From NCBI GenBank assembly GCA_963741955.1, contig CAVUKB010000005.1:672001-736000 (forward strand): 64,000 nt of DNA. Direction: 5' to 3'. This DNA is from an uncultured Acidobacteriota bacterium. GTDB taxonomy: Bacteria > Acidobacteriota > Thermoanaerobaculia > Gp7-AA8. The notes under the pieces are model-generated. The model was not told the DNA's origin. It ran no database searches and saw nothing but the letters and a program-made list of their open reading frames with translations. Both the position numbers and the translations under genes were made by a program. Below, piece after piece: positions 53,979 to 63,073 of the stretch; the first letter of the stretch is position 1, and every line of letters begins with the position of its first letter.

Positions 53979-55430
53979 GTGGAATTCGAACGGCTGGAGA
54001 TCACTCCCCTGCCACTGATCGTGGGTCAGATCGTTCGGGAGCGTCGGACCGGAACGCTTACGGTCATCCGGCAGCCTGCCCGCGTCGTGAGCCATTGGGC
54101 AGGGGGTGAGCTCGTCCTGGTGATCCCTTCTCAACATGAAGAATCTCTCGGCCAGTTCCTCGTTGCGCGAGGCAACATCGGCGCCCACGATGCTCAGCGG
54201 CTCGACAGTGGCGATCCCGAGACCATCGTTCCGCGATTGACCGAGCTCGGGATCATGGACCGCTCACTCGAGCAGCCCTCCCTCCGGGAATGGATGAGTG
54301 CGGTCATGGAACCGCTTTTCTCCCTCGCCGACGGAACCGCCGTCTTCAACGATGGACCGGCTCCCGCGCCGAAACAACGGATCTTCCTCCCGTCGACCCC
54401 GGCGTTCATCCTCCAGTCCATCCGGTCGATCTCGAACGGGCTGGTACTCCGAAGATCTCTCGGAGACCTGAAGAAGCCGCTCGCTCCCGCGAAAGCTCCT
54501 CCCATCGCACCCGACGTCCTCCCCTTCACCGAATCCGAGAGGAAGCTGATCGCGGCACTGGAGGAGCCCGAGACCGCAGAGTCCCTTCTGCGCCGGTTCC
54601 CGAAGGATCCCGGCGCGGCGAAGATCCTGGTGGCGCTCCTGGCGTTCGGGATTTTCGTCGTCCTCGAACCGAAGTTCCAGCAGCCGGTCGACATCGACGC
54701 CGATGCGATGCAGAGGGATCTCGCTCTTCTCGCGTCGATCGGTGCGGACGACAAACGCTCACTCCGCGCCATCTCGTTCGCACGGCAGATCCCCCGACTC
54801 GACTATTACGAGATGCTCGACGTTCCCCGCGCCGCGACACGCACTCAGGTCGTTCAGCAGGCCGAGCGTCTGAAGGCGATTTTCGATCCTGCCGACTATC
54901 CTCCCATCCTCCGTGAGCATCTCGACGAGATCAACCGCAGACTCGACGAAGCATTCGCCACTCTCACCGACCCGATCCGGCGGCAGGGTTACGACCATAT
55001 GCTCGTTTCATCACGTCTGACGGACGAGTCGCGGAACATGGACCAGCGACTCGCGCAACGTTCACTCTCCGAGAAGAACTTCGAGAAAGCGAAATCGCTC
55101 GCCTCCGATGGCGACTACTACGGAGCGATCGTCCTTCTCAAACAGGTGGTCCGCTTCCTTCCCGATCACGCACAGGCGTGGTATCTCCTCGGCAGCTGTC
55201 AGGAGCGCAACCCGAACTGGCACCGGGAGGCGGTGGAGAGCTATCAGAAAGCGCTCACCATCGACCCGAACGATACCGACGTCCTCATTTCCCTCGGCGA
55301 CCTCTACCGGCACCAGGGCCTCGTGGTCCGGGCCGAAGCGTGCTACGACGACGTGCTCAAGATCGACGCCGACAACCCGCAGGCGAAGAGCCGGCTGCAG
55401 GAACTGAAGGGGAAGATGAAGAAGAAATAG
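53979..55430 (+). CDS. DUF4388-like N-terminus + degenerate J-like domain + TPR protein
   Basis: RTGTL, DYYEMLDV...FDPA (no HPD)...EAFATL.DP..R..YD, C-terminal TPRs. Confidence 0.78.
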   Translation: MEFERLEITPLPLIVGQIVRERRTGTLTVIRQPARVVSHWAGGELVLVIPSQHEESLGQFLVARGNIGAHDAQRLDSGDPETIVPRLTELGIMDRSLEQPSLREWMSAVMEPLFSLADGTAVFNDGPAPAPKQRIFLPSTPAFILQSIRSISNGLVLRRSLGDLKKPLAPAKAPPIAPDVLPFTESERKLIAALEEPETAESLLRRFPKDPGAAKILVALLAFGIFVVLEPKFQQPVDIDADAMQRDLALLASIGADDKRSLRAISFARQIPRLDYYEMLDVPRAATRTQVVQQAERLKAIFDPADYPPILREHLDEINRRLDEAFATLTDPIRRQGYDHMLVSSRLTDESRNMDQRLAQRSLSEKNFEKAKSLASDGDYYGAIVLLKQVVRFLPDHAQAWYLLGSCQERNPNWHREAVESYQKALTIDPNDTDVLISLGDLYRHQGLVVRAEACYDDVLKIDADNPQAKSRLQELKGKMKKK

Positions 55431-55431
55431 A

Positions 55432-55638
55432 GAAAGGCATCTGGGATCTGAGATCGAGGATCGAGGATCTGAAAGGCATCGAGGATCGAGGATCGAGGAT
55501 CGAGGATCTGAAAGGCATCGAGGATCGAGGATCGAGGATCGAGGATCTGAAAGGCATCGAGGATCGAGGATCGAGGATCGAGGATCTGAAAGGCATCGAG
55601 GATCGAGGATCGATCGAGGATCGAGGATCGAGGATCTG
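55432..55638. repeat. (GAGGATC)n tract organised as 5 higher-order units of 39 bp
   Basis: GAAAGGCATC recurs at 55432, 55471, 55510, 55549, 55588. Confidence 0.95.
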
Positions 55639-55804
55639 AGAGGCGAGCGGTGAGCGGTGAGTCGAGAGCGGTGAGCGGCGAGTCGAGAGTGAAGAATGAA
55701 CAGTGAAGAGAAGAATATTCGCGGAGATACGTGATTCGAGGAATTTTATTCTGCGAAAGCTGCTGATTGGCGAATAATATTTGGCGTTTCAGCCATCAGC
55801 CGTC

Positions 55805-55890
55805 CCCGATCCGCCATCCTCGATCCTCGATCCTCGATCCGCGATCCGCAATCCTCGATCCTCGATCCTCGATCCTCGATCGATCCTCAT
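55805..55890. repeat. (GATCCTC)n tract, inverted relative to 55432-55638
   Basis: Read directly; abuts the hydrolase stop codon. Confidence 0.9.
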
Positions 55891-56525
55891 CCTCCCTCGG
55901 CGATCCGCGTGGCCCACTCCGTCAGAGTCGCCTCGACGATATCCAGCTGATCCTTGAAGAAATGATCGGCTCCACTGACCAGGACCATCTCCGCGTCCAT
56001 GCAGTGCTCGGCGAGCTCGCCGAGTCGTTCGGCATCACCGAATTCGTCGCGCGATCCGTGGATGAACAGCAGAGGCTTGTCGCATCGCTTGAGGTAGACG
56101 AGGTTGTACTTGTTGATGGGTGCGCCGATGAGGAACACCGCGTCGACGTCAGCGCGGGTGCATGCGACCCGGCTCCCGACCCAGGCGCCAAAGGAAAATC
56201 CCCCCGCGATCACCTTCGCGCCCGGATGGCGTCCGATGATCCAGTTGAGCGCGGCCTCGAAATCCGCCTGCTCTCCATCTCCTTGTTCGTGCTTCCCCTG
56301 GCTCGCGCCGACGCCACGAAAGTTGAAGCGGATGGTCGCGATCCCCGCGGCTTCCAGTCCCCGCGCCGCGCGGAAGACGACTTTGTTGTGGAGAGTTCCG
56401 CCACCGAGAGGGTGCGGATGCGCGACCACGGCGACGCCGACCGGCCGCTCGATCTCGCGGTAGAGCGCCTCGAGCCGGCCCGTACTCGTGTGCAGGTCAA
56501 CGTGACGTAAGGGTCTCGAATCCAA
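55887..56525 (-). CDS. Alpha/beta hydrolase family protein
   Basis: HPHP..GGT, RFNFRGVG, GFSFG, G..DE, ADHFF. Confidence 0.9.
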   Translation of the reverse strand: MDSRPLRHVDLHTSTGRLEALYREIERPVGVAVVAHPHPLGGGTLHNKVVFRAARGLEAAGIATIRFNFRGVGASQGKHEQGDGEQADFEAALNWIIGRHPGAKVIAGGFSFGAWVGSRVACTRADVDAVFLIGAPINKYNLVYLKRCDKPLLFIHGSRDEFGDAERLGELAEHCMDAEMVLVSGADHFFKDQLDIVEATLTEWATRIAEGG

Positions 56526-56721
56526 TTCTGCTCCAGTTTCGAAAGATCACTGCGGCCTGCTCTAGTGTTTCACAAATCCGCTGCATCCGGTTACGGGTGC
56601 CGACAGGTCGGTTGCGAGCCGGCGCGGCAGAGGCGGGCGGACCATTATTCACGGACCGTCGACGATTTCAAGCGCGCCCCGAGTTGCCAGTTGCCTCTCC
56701 GATCGCAACCTGCAACCCGCA

Positions 56722-57786
56722 TCACTCCCATACGCCGGGGATGGTCGCGTCGCAATCGGGACAGCTTCCGCCGCGGATCCGGTTGCGGAGCACGCGGAAT
56801 CCGATCCTCTCCACCAGCATCGCGTCGCACGCGGGACAGCGGGTCGATTCGAGATCTCCGACCGCGCCCGGAAGATTCCCCGGGTAGACGAAACGGAGGC
56901 CTGCACGCTTTCCGATCGCGTACGCACGCATCAGATCGCGGACGCTGGTGTCGTCGTTCTCCGTCATCCGGTAGTCGCCGTGAAACGCGGTGACGTGCCA
57001 CGGGATGTCGATGTCCACTCCGGCGATGAATTCGGCGATCTTCGTCAGCTCCTCGTCCGAGCTGTTGAAGCCGGGGACCACCAGCGTGACGATCTCCACC
57101 CAGATCTTCCGCCGTTTCAGCTCCCGGATCGTCTCGAGTACCGTGTCGAGCCGCCCGCCGAGGAGGTTGTAGTCCTTCGGGTCGAACCCTTTCAGGTCGA
57201 CTTTGTAGAGGTCGACCCACGGCGCGAGGTACTCCAGCACTTCCGGAGTGCCGTTCCCGTTCGAGACGTAGGAACAGACGAGCCCTTCGGCCTTCGCCAG
57301 CCGGAAGATCTCCACCGCCCACTCGGAGGTGATCAGCGGTTCGTTGTAGGTCGAAGTGACTACGCGAGCACCGTACTTCTTCGCCAGCCGCACCAGATCG
57401 GCCGGTTCGATGTCGGTCGGAGTGACGTCCGCGGCCGGATCGCGCAGCGCCTGCGACGTGATCCAGTTCTGGCAGTACCCGCAACGGTAATCGCAGCCGA
57501 GCATCCCGAACGAGAGGGCCTGCGCACCGGGCAGCGCATGGAAGAACGGTTTCTTCTCGATCGGGTCGACGTGAAGGCCGCCGACGTATCCGCGCGGCAC
57601 CCTCAGCGACCCGGCCTCGTTGAACCGCACCTTGCACGTCCCGACCCTTCCCGGCTTGATGTAGCAGCGATGCCCGCACGCGAAACAGGTCAGTGCGCCG
57701 TTCTCGTGCTTCTCATAGAGCTCTCCCTCGACGGTGCGCGCAGCAAGCATCTCGCCGAGGGTCGATCTCGTCGCACTGGTGGTCAT
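56722..57786 (-). CDS. amrS: AmmeMemoRadiSam-system radical SAM enzyme
   Basis: DPIEKKP, CDYRCGYCQNW (CxxxCxxC), TYNEP, YPGN, terminal CxxC pairs. Confidence 0.92.
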   Translation of the reverse strand: MTTSATRSTLGEMLAARTVEGELYEKHENGALTCFACGHRCYIKPGRVGTCKVRFNEAGSLRVPRGYVGGLHVDPIEKKPFFHALPGAQALSFGMLGCDYRCGYCQNWITSQALRDPAADVTPTDIEPADLVRLAKKYGARVVTSTYNEPLITSEWAVEIFRLAKAEGLVCSYVSNGNGTPEVLEYLAPWVDLYKVDLKGFDPKDYNLLGGRLDTVLETIRELKRRKIWVEIVTLVVPGFNSSDEELTKIAEFIAGVDIDIPWHVTAFHGDYRMTENDDTSVRDLMRAYAIGKRAGLRFVYPGNLPGAVGDLESTRCPACDAMLVERIGFRVLRNRIRGGSCPDCDATIPGVWE

Positions 57787-57868
57787 GCTCTCGAAAACAC
57801 GCTCGAATGAGCGTTCGTTCCCCCCTCCTCCCATTCCTCCGGCACGCGGATTGCCGCTCCTGCGAGCC

Positions 57869-58663
57869 ATGAAGCACCTGCGACGGCGACGGCCGCCATC
57901 CGATCCACGCCAGCTGATGCGCGAGAGGCATCGCCTCCTGGCTCACATCAGCGGCTGGCTCGAGCTCCCGATGATCTTTCTCGCCTTCGTCTGGCTGATC
58001 CTCCTCATCGTCGAATGGGTTTCCGGGCTCACCCCCTTCATGCAGCAGCTCGGCACTGTCATCTGGGCGCTCTTCGTGGCCGATTTCCTCCTCCGCTTCA
58101 CCATCGCCCCTCGCAAGATCCGCTTCCTCAAGCGGCAGTGGCTCACCGCGATCTCCCTCGCCGTTCCGGCTCTCCGCATCTTCCGCCTCATCCGCATCAT
58201 CCGAGTGGCGGCATTTCTCGGTGAACTGAATCTCGTCACCCTCGTCGGCACCATGAACCGAAGCATGGCGGCGGTGCGACGCACGTTCCGGCGGAGAGGA
58301 TTCGGCTACGTCATCGCACTGACCGCCGTCGTCACGTTCGCCGGCGCGGCCGGGATCTACGCGTTCGAGCGCGGCGCGGGGAACGCGTTCGACAGCTACG
58401 GTACGGCACTCTGGTGGACTGCCATGCTGATGACGACGATGGGAACCGGCCACTGGCCCGTTTCTGCGGAAGGGCGGATTCTCACCCTGGGACTGTCGAT
58501 CTACGCGTTCGCCGTCTTCGGTTACGTCACCGCGACGATCGCGTCGTACTTCATCGACGACAGCGACAGGACGAACGAAACGACGGCAGAAGAGATCCGC
58601 AGCCTCCGCGAAGAAATTGCGCGGCTTCGCTCGCAGATCGAAACTCCGCAGCGCACGCCCTGA
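57869..58663 (+). CDS. Voltage-gated potassium-channel-like ion transporter with non-canonical filter
   Basis: S4-like LRIFRLIRIIR; pore WWTAMLMTTMGTG.WP.S.EGR. Confidence 0.82.
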   Translation: MKHLRRRRPPSDPRQLMRERHRLLAHISGWLELPMIFLAFVWLILLIVEWVSGLTPFMQQLGTVIWALFVADFLLRFTIAPRKIRFLKRQWLTAISLAVPALRIFRLIRIIRVAAFLGELNLVTLVGTMNRSMAAVRRTFRRRGFGYVIALTAVVTFAGAAGIYAFERGAGNAFDSYGTALWWTAMLMTTMGTGHWPVSAEGRILTLGLSIYAFAVFGYVTATIASYFIDDSDRTNETTAEEIRSLREEIARLRSQIETPQRTP

Positions 58664-58703
58664 CCCGGATGTTTCGCGCGAGCCCGTGACGAAGCGAGTA
58701 CGA

Positions 58704-59489
58704 TCACGACTCGCCGAAACGCGGCGGTCGCTTTTCGAAAAACGCCCGCATCCCCTCCTCGGCGTCCGCAGAAAGAAAGGCTCGGCGCTGGTGCCGCTTC
58801 TCCATATCGATCTGTTCGTCGAGAGTGCTGCCACGCGAAGCCTCGACCGCCTTCTTGATCTCCGCAATCACCTCAGCAGGACCGGCGCCGATCGCCGACG
58901 CGAGCCGCCGGCTCTCTCCGCGAAGCACGTCCGGCGGAACGACGCGGTCTACCAGCCCGATCGAGAGCGCCTCGGCCGCATCGACCATCCTTCCGCTGGC
59001 CATCATCTCCAGAGCGCGGCTCGGACCGATGATCCGCGGAAGAAACCACGTCCCGCCCCAGTCGGGATGCAGCCCGATCCGCACGAACGTCTCGCCGAGC
59101 TTCGCCTCTTCGGACGCGATGCGGTAATCGCAGGCGAGAGCGAGGTTGCAGCCGGCGCCCGCGGCGACGCCGTTGACCGCGGCGATGACGATCTTCGGGC
59201 TCTCGCGGATGGCGGCGACCACCCGGCGCCCCGATTCGAGGAGCTCCTCGAACCGCTTTTCCGATTTCTGGCGCTGCAGGTCGAACATCGTCTCGACGTC
59301 GCCGCCGGCGCAGAAGCCGCGGCCCGCACCGGTGATGATGATCGCTCGCGCGTCGCGGTCCCGCCCCATCGCTTCGATCGCGTCGCGGAGCTCTTCCCTC
59401 ATCGTGCCGACCAGTGCGTTGAGCTTCTCCGGCCGGTTCAGCGTGATGGTTCCGATTCCGTCGGAGGATTCAGTCAGAATCTGTTTCAT
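58704..59489 (-). CDS. Enoyl-CoA hydratase/isomerase (PaaG-like)
   Basis: LNRPEKLNA, FCAGGD, AAGAG, IGLHPDWG, EG..AF.EKR.P. Confidence 0.92.
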   Translation of the reverse strand: MKQILTESSDGIGTITLNRPEKLNALVGTMREELRDAIEAMGRDRDARAIIITGAGRGFCAGGDVETMFDLQRQKSEKRFEELLESGRRVVAAIRESPKIVIAAVNGVAAGAGCNLALACDYRIASEEAKLGETFVRIGLHPDWGGTWFLPRIIGPSRALEMMASGRMVDAAEALSIGLVDRVVPPDVLRGESRRLASAIGAGPAEVIAEIKKAVEASRGSTLDEQIDMEKRHQRRAFLSADAEEGMRAFFEKRPPRFGES

Positions 59490-59680
59490 ACCCTCCCCCT
59501 CAGTCGCCAGTGCTCCGACTCTCGCGCCCGGATCGTCCCGGCGCGCATCGAGCCACGACGTTCCATGGCGCGCTCGTCGTGCTGGTCGTTTCGCACAAAC
59601 ATATCTTCTTCACGAGCCGCGCGAAAGAGATCGAAACATCATATTGACTCCCGCGCCACGACACACCAAACTCGCGCTGC

Positions 59681-60757
59681 ATGAAGTGGTTGATCCGAAT
59701 CGGTAAGGTGGTGCTGCTCGCGATGATTCCGCTCGCGATCTGGCTTCAGTTCGGTGAGGGGAACATGGTTGCGCGGTTCGTCGTCTCCGCGCTGGCCGTG
59801 CTGCCGATCGCGGCATGGATCGGAACGAGTACCGAGCACCTCGCCGTCCGGATGGGCCCCACGTACGGCGCGCTCTTCAACGCGACGTTCGGCAACTTCG
59901 CCGAGATGGTCATCGCGATCCTCGCAATCCGGGCGGGGCTTCCGAGTGTGGTGAAGGCGTCGTTCACCGGATCGATCCTCGGCAACCTCCTCTTCGTCGG
60001 AGGGCTCTCCATGATCGCCGGCGGCTGGGGACGCGAGAGGCAGTGCTTCAATATGCTCGCCGCGGAGAGCAACGCCGGCCAGCTTGTCGTCGCCGCGGCA
60101 TCGCTCGTGGTGCCGACCCTCTTTTTCAGTCTGGTCGGCGGCAACCGGAATCTCCTCCGGGTCCATGAAGTCTCGATCGGCACCGCGGTCATCCTGATGG
60201 TCACCTACGCCGCAGGACTCTGGTTCGCATTCAAGACGCACCAGCACATCCTCAATGCATCCGCCGACGACAACGCGCCTCACCACTCGGGAGCGCAGTG
60301 GAGCGTCCGCCGCTCCATCCTGGTGCTCCTCGGATCGAGCGTCCTGATGGGAGTGGTGGCGGAAGGCCTGGTCGGGGCGGTGGAGCACGTCGGACATCAG
60401 CTCGGGATGAACCAGGTCTTTCTCGGTTTCGTCGTCGTGGCGGTCGTCGGCAATGCGGCCGAGCACTCCACGGCGATCATGCTCGCACGCCGCGACCGGA
60501 TGGATGCGGCGCTCGGAATCGTGATGCAGTCGAGCGTGCAGATCGCGCTCTTCGTCACCCCGCTGGTCGTCTTCCTCTCCTACCCTCTCGGCCATCCGCT
60601 CGACCTCGTCTTCACCAGCTTCGAAGTCGTGGCGCTCGCCCTCGGCATCGCAATCTTCTCCTACGCGGTCATCAACGGCGAGAGCCACTGGTTCGAAGGG
60701 GTCCAGCTCCTCGCGCTCTATCTGATCCTCGCGGTGGCGATCTTCTTTCTGCCGTAG
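59681..60757 (+). CDS. Ca2+/H+ antiporter (CaCA/CAX family)
   Basis: NATFGNFAE, GSILGNLL, GNAAEH alpha repeats. Confidence 0.93.
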   Translation: MKWLIRIGKVVLLAMIPLAIWLQFGEGNMVARFVVSALAVLPIAAWIGTSTEHLAVRMGPTYGALFNATFGNFAEMVIAILAIRAGLPSVVKASFTGSILGNLLFVGGLSMIAGGWGRERQCFNMLAAESNAGQLVVAAASLVVPTLFFSLVGGNRNLLRVHEVSIGTAVILMVTYAAGLWFAFKTHQHILNASADDNAPHHSGAQWSVRRSILVLLGSSVLMGVVAEGLVGAVEHVGHQLGMNQVFLGFVVVAVVGNAAEHSTAIMLARRDRMDAALGIVMQSSVQIALFVTPLVVFLSYPLGHPLDLVFTSFEVVALALGIAIFSYAVINGESHWFEGVQLLALYLILAVAIFFLP

Positions 60758-60768
60758 GAGGCGCCAGG

Positions 60769-60850
60769 TCTCGAGGCTCGGGGCTCGGGGAATCACGAGA
60801 ATCGTGTTTGTGAATTTTCAACCCTCGGAACCGCACACGGTGCGTGCGCG
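60769..60850. repeat. Partial copy of the 61430-62475 repeat unit
   Basis: GAATCACGAGAATCGTGTTTGTGAATTTTCAA.CCTCGGAACCGC.CACGG. Confidence 0.85.
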
Positions 60851-60893
60851 CCGCGGCTCGGGAAGAGTGGCGAAGACTTCTCTGTTGCAGGAG

Positions 60894-60913
60894 TCGTACG
60901 GAATCTCGTACGA
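60894..60913 (+). promoter_or_regulatory. Putative antitoxin operator overlapping the -10
   Basis: TCGTACG-GAATCT-CGTACGA inverted repeat; TACGAT 7 nt before ATG 60922. Confidence 0.6.
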
Positions 60914-60921
60914 TGACCGTC

Positions 60922-61164
60922 ATGAAGACTGTATCCGCCAGCGAAGCCCGGACGAGACTCTACAAGCTGATCGACGAAACGGCGGTCACCAGTGAGCCCG
61001 TGCAGATCACCGGGAAAAGAGCCGACGCGGTGCTCGTCTCGATGGACGACTGGCAGGCCATTCAGGAGACGCTCCATCTCCTCTCGATTCCGGGAATGCG
61101 CGCTTCGCTCCGAAAAGGGATGAAGACTCCCGTTGAGGAATGCCTGGAGTCGCTCGACTGGTGA
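60922..61164 (+). CDS. yefM: Phd/YefM-family antitoxin
   Basis: ASEAR..LY.LID, P..ITGKR..AVL, ETL.LLSIPGM. Confidence 0.92.
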   Translation: MKTVSASEARTRLYKLIDETAVTSEPVQITGKRADAVLVSMDDWQAIQETLHLLSIPGMRASLRKGMKTPVEECLESLDW

Positions 61165-61427
61165 AACGGTGGCACGTGGTCTTCACGCCCGAGGCCGCGA
61201 AGGACGCGAAAAAACTGAAGCGAGCCGGCCTCAAGCCGAAGGCGCAGATGCTTCTCGACGTCCTTCGCGAGAATCCCTTTCAGTCTCCTCCGCCGTTCGA
61301 GAAGCTCCTCGGCGATCTGGCCGGAGCGTACTCCCGGAGGATCAATATCCATCACCGGCTCGTCTATCAGGTTCTGAAACGGGAGCGGGTCGTGAAAGTC
61401 CTTCGAATGTGGACGCACTACGGGTGA
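61161..61427 (+). CDS. yoeB: Txe/YoeB-family toxin
   Basis: A.KD, PPFEKL.GDL.G.YSRRIN..HRLVY, RMWTHY; GTGA overlap. Confidence 0.93.
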   Translation: MKRWHVVFTPEAAKDAKKLKRAGLKPKAQMLLDVLRENPFQSPPPFEKLLGDLAGAYSRRINIHHRLVYQVLKRERVVKVLRMWTHYG

Positions 61428-61429
61428 TC

Positions 61430-62475
61430 GCGAGGCTCGGGGCGCGCGGCTCGGAGAATCACGAGAATCGTGTTTGTGAATTTTCAATCCTCGGAACCGC
61501 TCACGGAACGTGCGCACCCTCTCCCCGCCCGTTCTCACACAACTTCAGCCGAGGAGCGATCTTCGGGGAGAGGGGAGGGTGAGGGGCAACCCCGAAAGTC
61601 GATCGCGCAGATCGTACGATTGAAGATCGCCGTTCTCTTCGCGCGAAGATCGAAGCTCGAGCCTCGGAGACTCACGAGAGCCGTGTTTGTGAATTTTCAA
61701 TCCTCGGAACCGCACACGGAACGTGCGCACCCTCTCCCCGCCCGTTCTCACACAACTTCAGCCGAGGACCGATCTTCGGGGAGAGGGGAGGGTGAGGGGC
61801 AACCCCGAAAGTCGATCGCGCGATCGTACGATTGAAGATCGCCGTTCTCTTCGCGCGAAGATCGAAGCTCGAGCCTCGGAGACTCACGAGAGCCGTGTTT
61901 GTGAATTTTCAATCCTCGGAACCGCTCACGGAACGTGCGCACCCTCTCCCCGCCCGTTCTCACACAACTTCAGCCGAGGAGCGATCTTCGGGGAGAGGGG
62001 AGGGTGAGGGGCAATCCCGAAAGTCGATCGCGCAGATCGTACGATTGAAGATCGCCGTTCTCTTCGCGCGAGGCTCGGGGCGCGAGGCTCGAGCCTCGGA
62101 GAATCACGAGAATCGTGTTTGTGAATTTTCAATCCTCGGAACCGCTCACGGAACGTGCGCACCCTCTCCCCGCCCGTTCTCACACAACTTCAGCCAAGGA
62201 GCGATCTTCGGGGAGAGGGGAGGGTGAGGGACAACCCCGGAAGTCGATCGCGCAGATCGTACGATTGAAGATCGCCGTTCTCTTCGCGCGCAGATCGAGG
62301 CTCGAGGCTCGAGGCTCGGAGAATCACGAGAATCGTGTTTGCGAATTTTCAATCCTCGGAACCGCTCACGGAACGTGCGCACCCTCTCCCCGCCCGTTCT
62401 CACACAACTTCAGCCGAGGAGCGATCTTCGGGGAGAGGGGAGGGTGAGGGGCAACCCCGAAAGTCGATCGCGCGA
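61430..62475. repeat. Tandem array, about 5 units of 212-220 bp carrying a CCCTCTCCCC...GGGGAGAGGGGAGGGTGAGGGG palindrome
   Basis: GTGTTTG.GAATTTTCAA anchors at 61470, 61683, 61895, 62115, 62335. Confidence 0.95.
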
Positions 62476-62728
62476 ATCCAGCGATGGTTCCGCTCTCCTG
62501 ACCCACGATGCGAGCCCCGAGCCCCGAGCCTCGAGCCTCGAGTCCCCGCCGTCGGACAGTTCGCCCTCGTCTCACTCTCCGGACCGCCCTCCCGCCTCGT
62601 GACCAGGCCGTCGTTCGTCCCGTTGACGCCCACCCGTGACGGACGCCCTTGACGCCGCAGCGGCAGCTGCTCTATCTGGATGCGAGCGGGAGAAATCCCG
62701 GCGCCTCATCGGCGAATCCGGAGAACGT

Positions 62729-63073
62729 ATGAACGAGATCGAGATGGTGAGAGAGCTCTCACGCAGAACCTCCCTTCCGGAGGAGACCACCGCGGCGGTC
62801 GTCCACGCGATGCACGAACTGGTCGACGAGGGGGCCGTCAACGCGGCCGCGCTTCTCGCCGTTCCTCAACCGTCACACGTCCCCCCCGACGATCCGAGCG
62901 TCGTCGAGCAGCTCATCGCCCGGGCGAAAAAGCATCCGCTCGGCATCGAGTTTCTCGCCAGCGGCCTGTTGGCGACCGTGGCGATCACGCTCGGCGCGCA
63001 CGCGTTCACCGTCGAAGCCGCGCGCCGGCGCATCCAGGGAGATCAGCAACCGAAGGAAGAGGAATCGAAATGA
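62729..63073 (+). CDS. Hypothetical protein
   Basis: GGAGA RBS; ATGA coupling to the next gene. Confidence 0.6.
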   Translation: MNEIEMVRELSRRTSLPEETTAAVVHAMHELVDEGAVNAAALLAVPQPSHVPPDDPSVVEQLIARAKKHPLGIEFLASGLLATVAITLGAHAFTVEAARRRIQGDQQPKEEESK

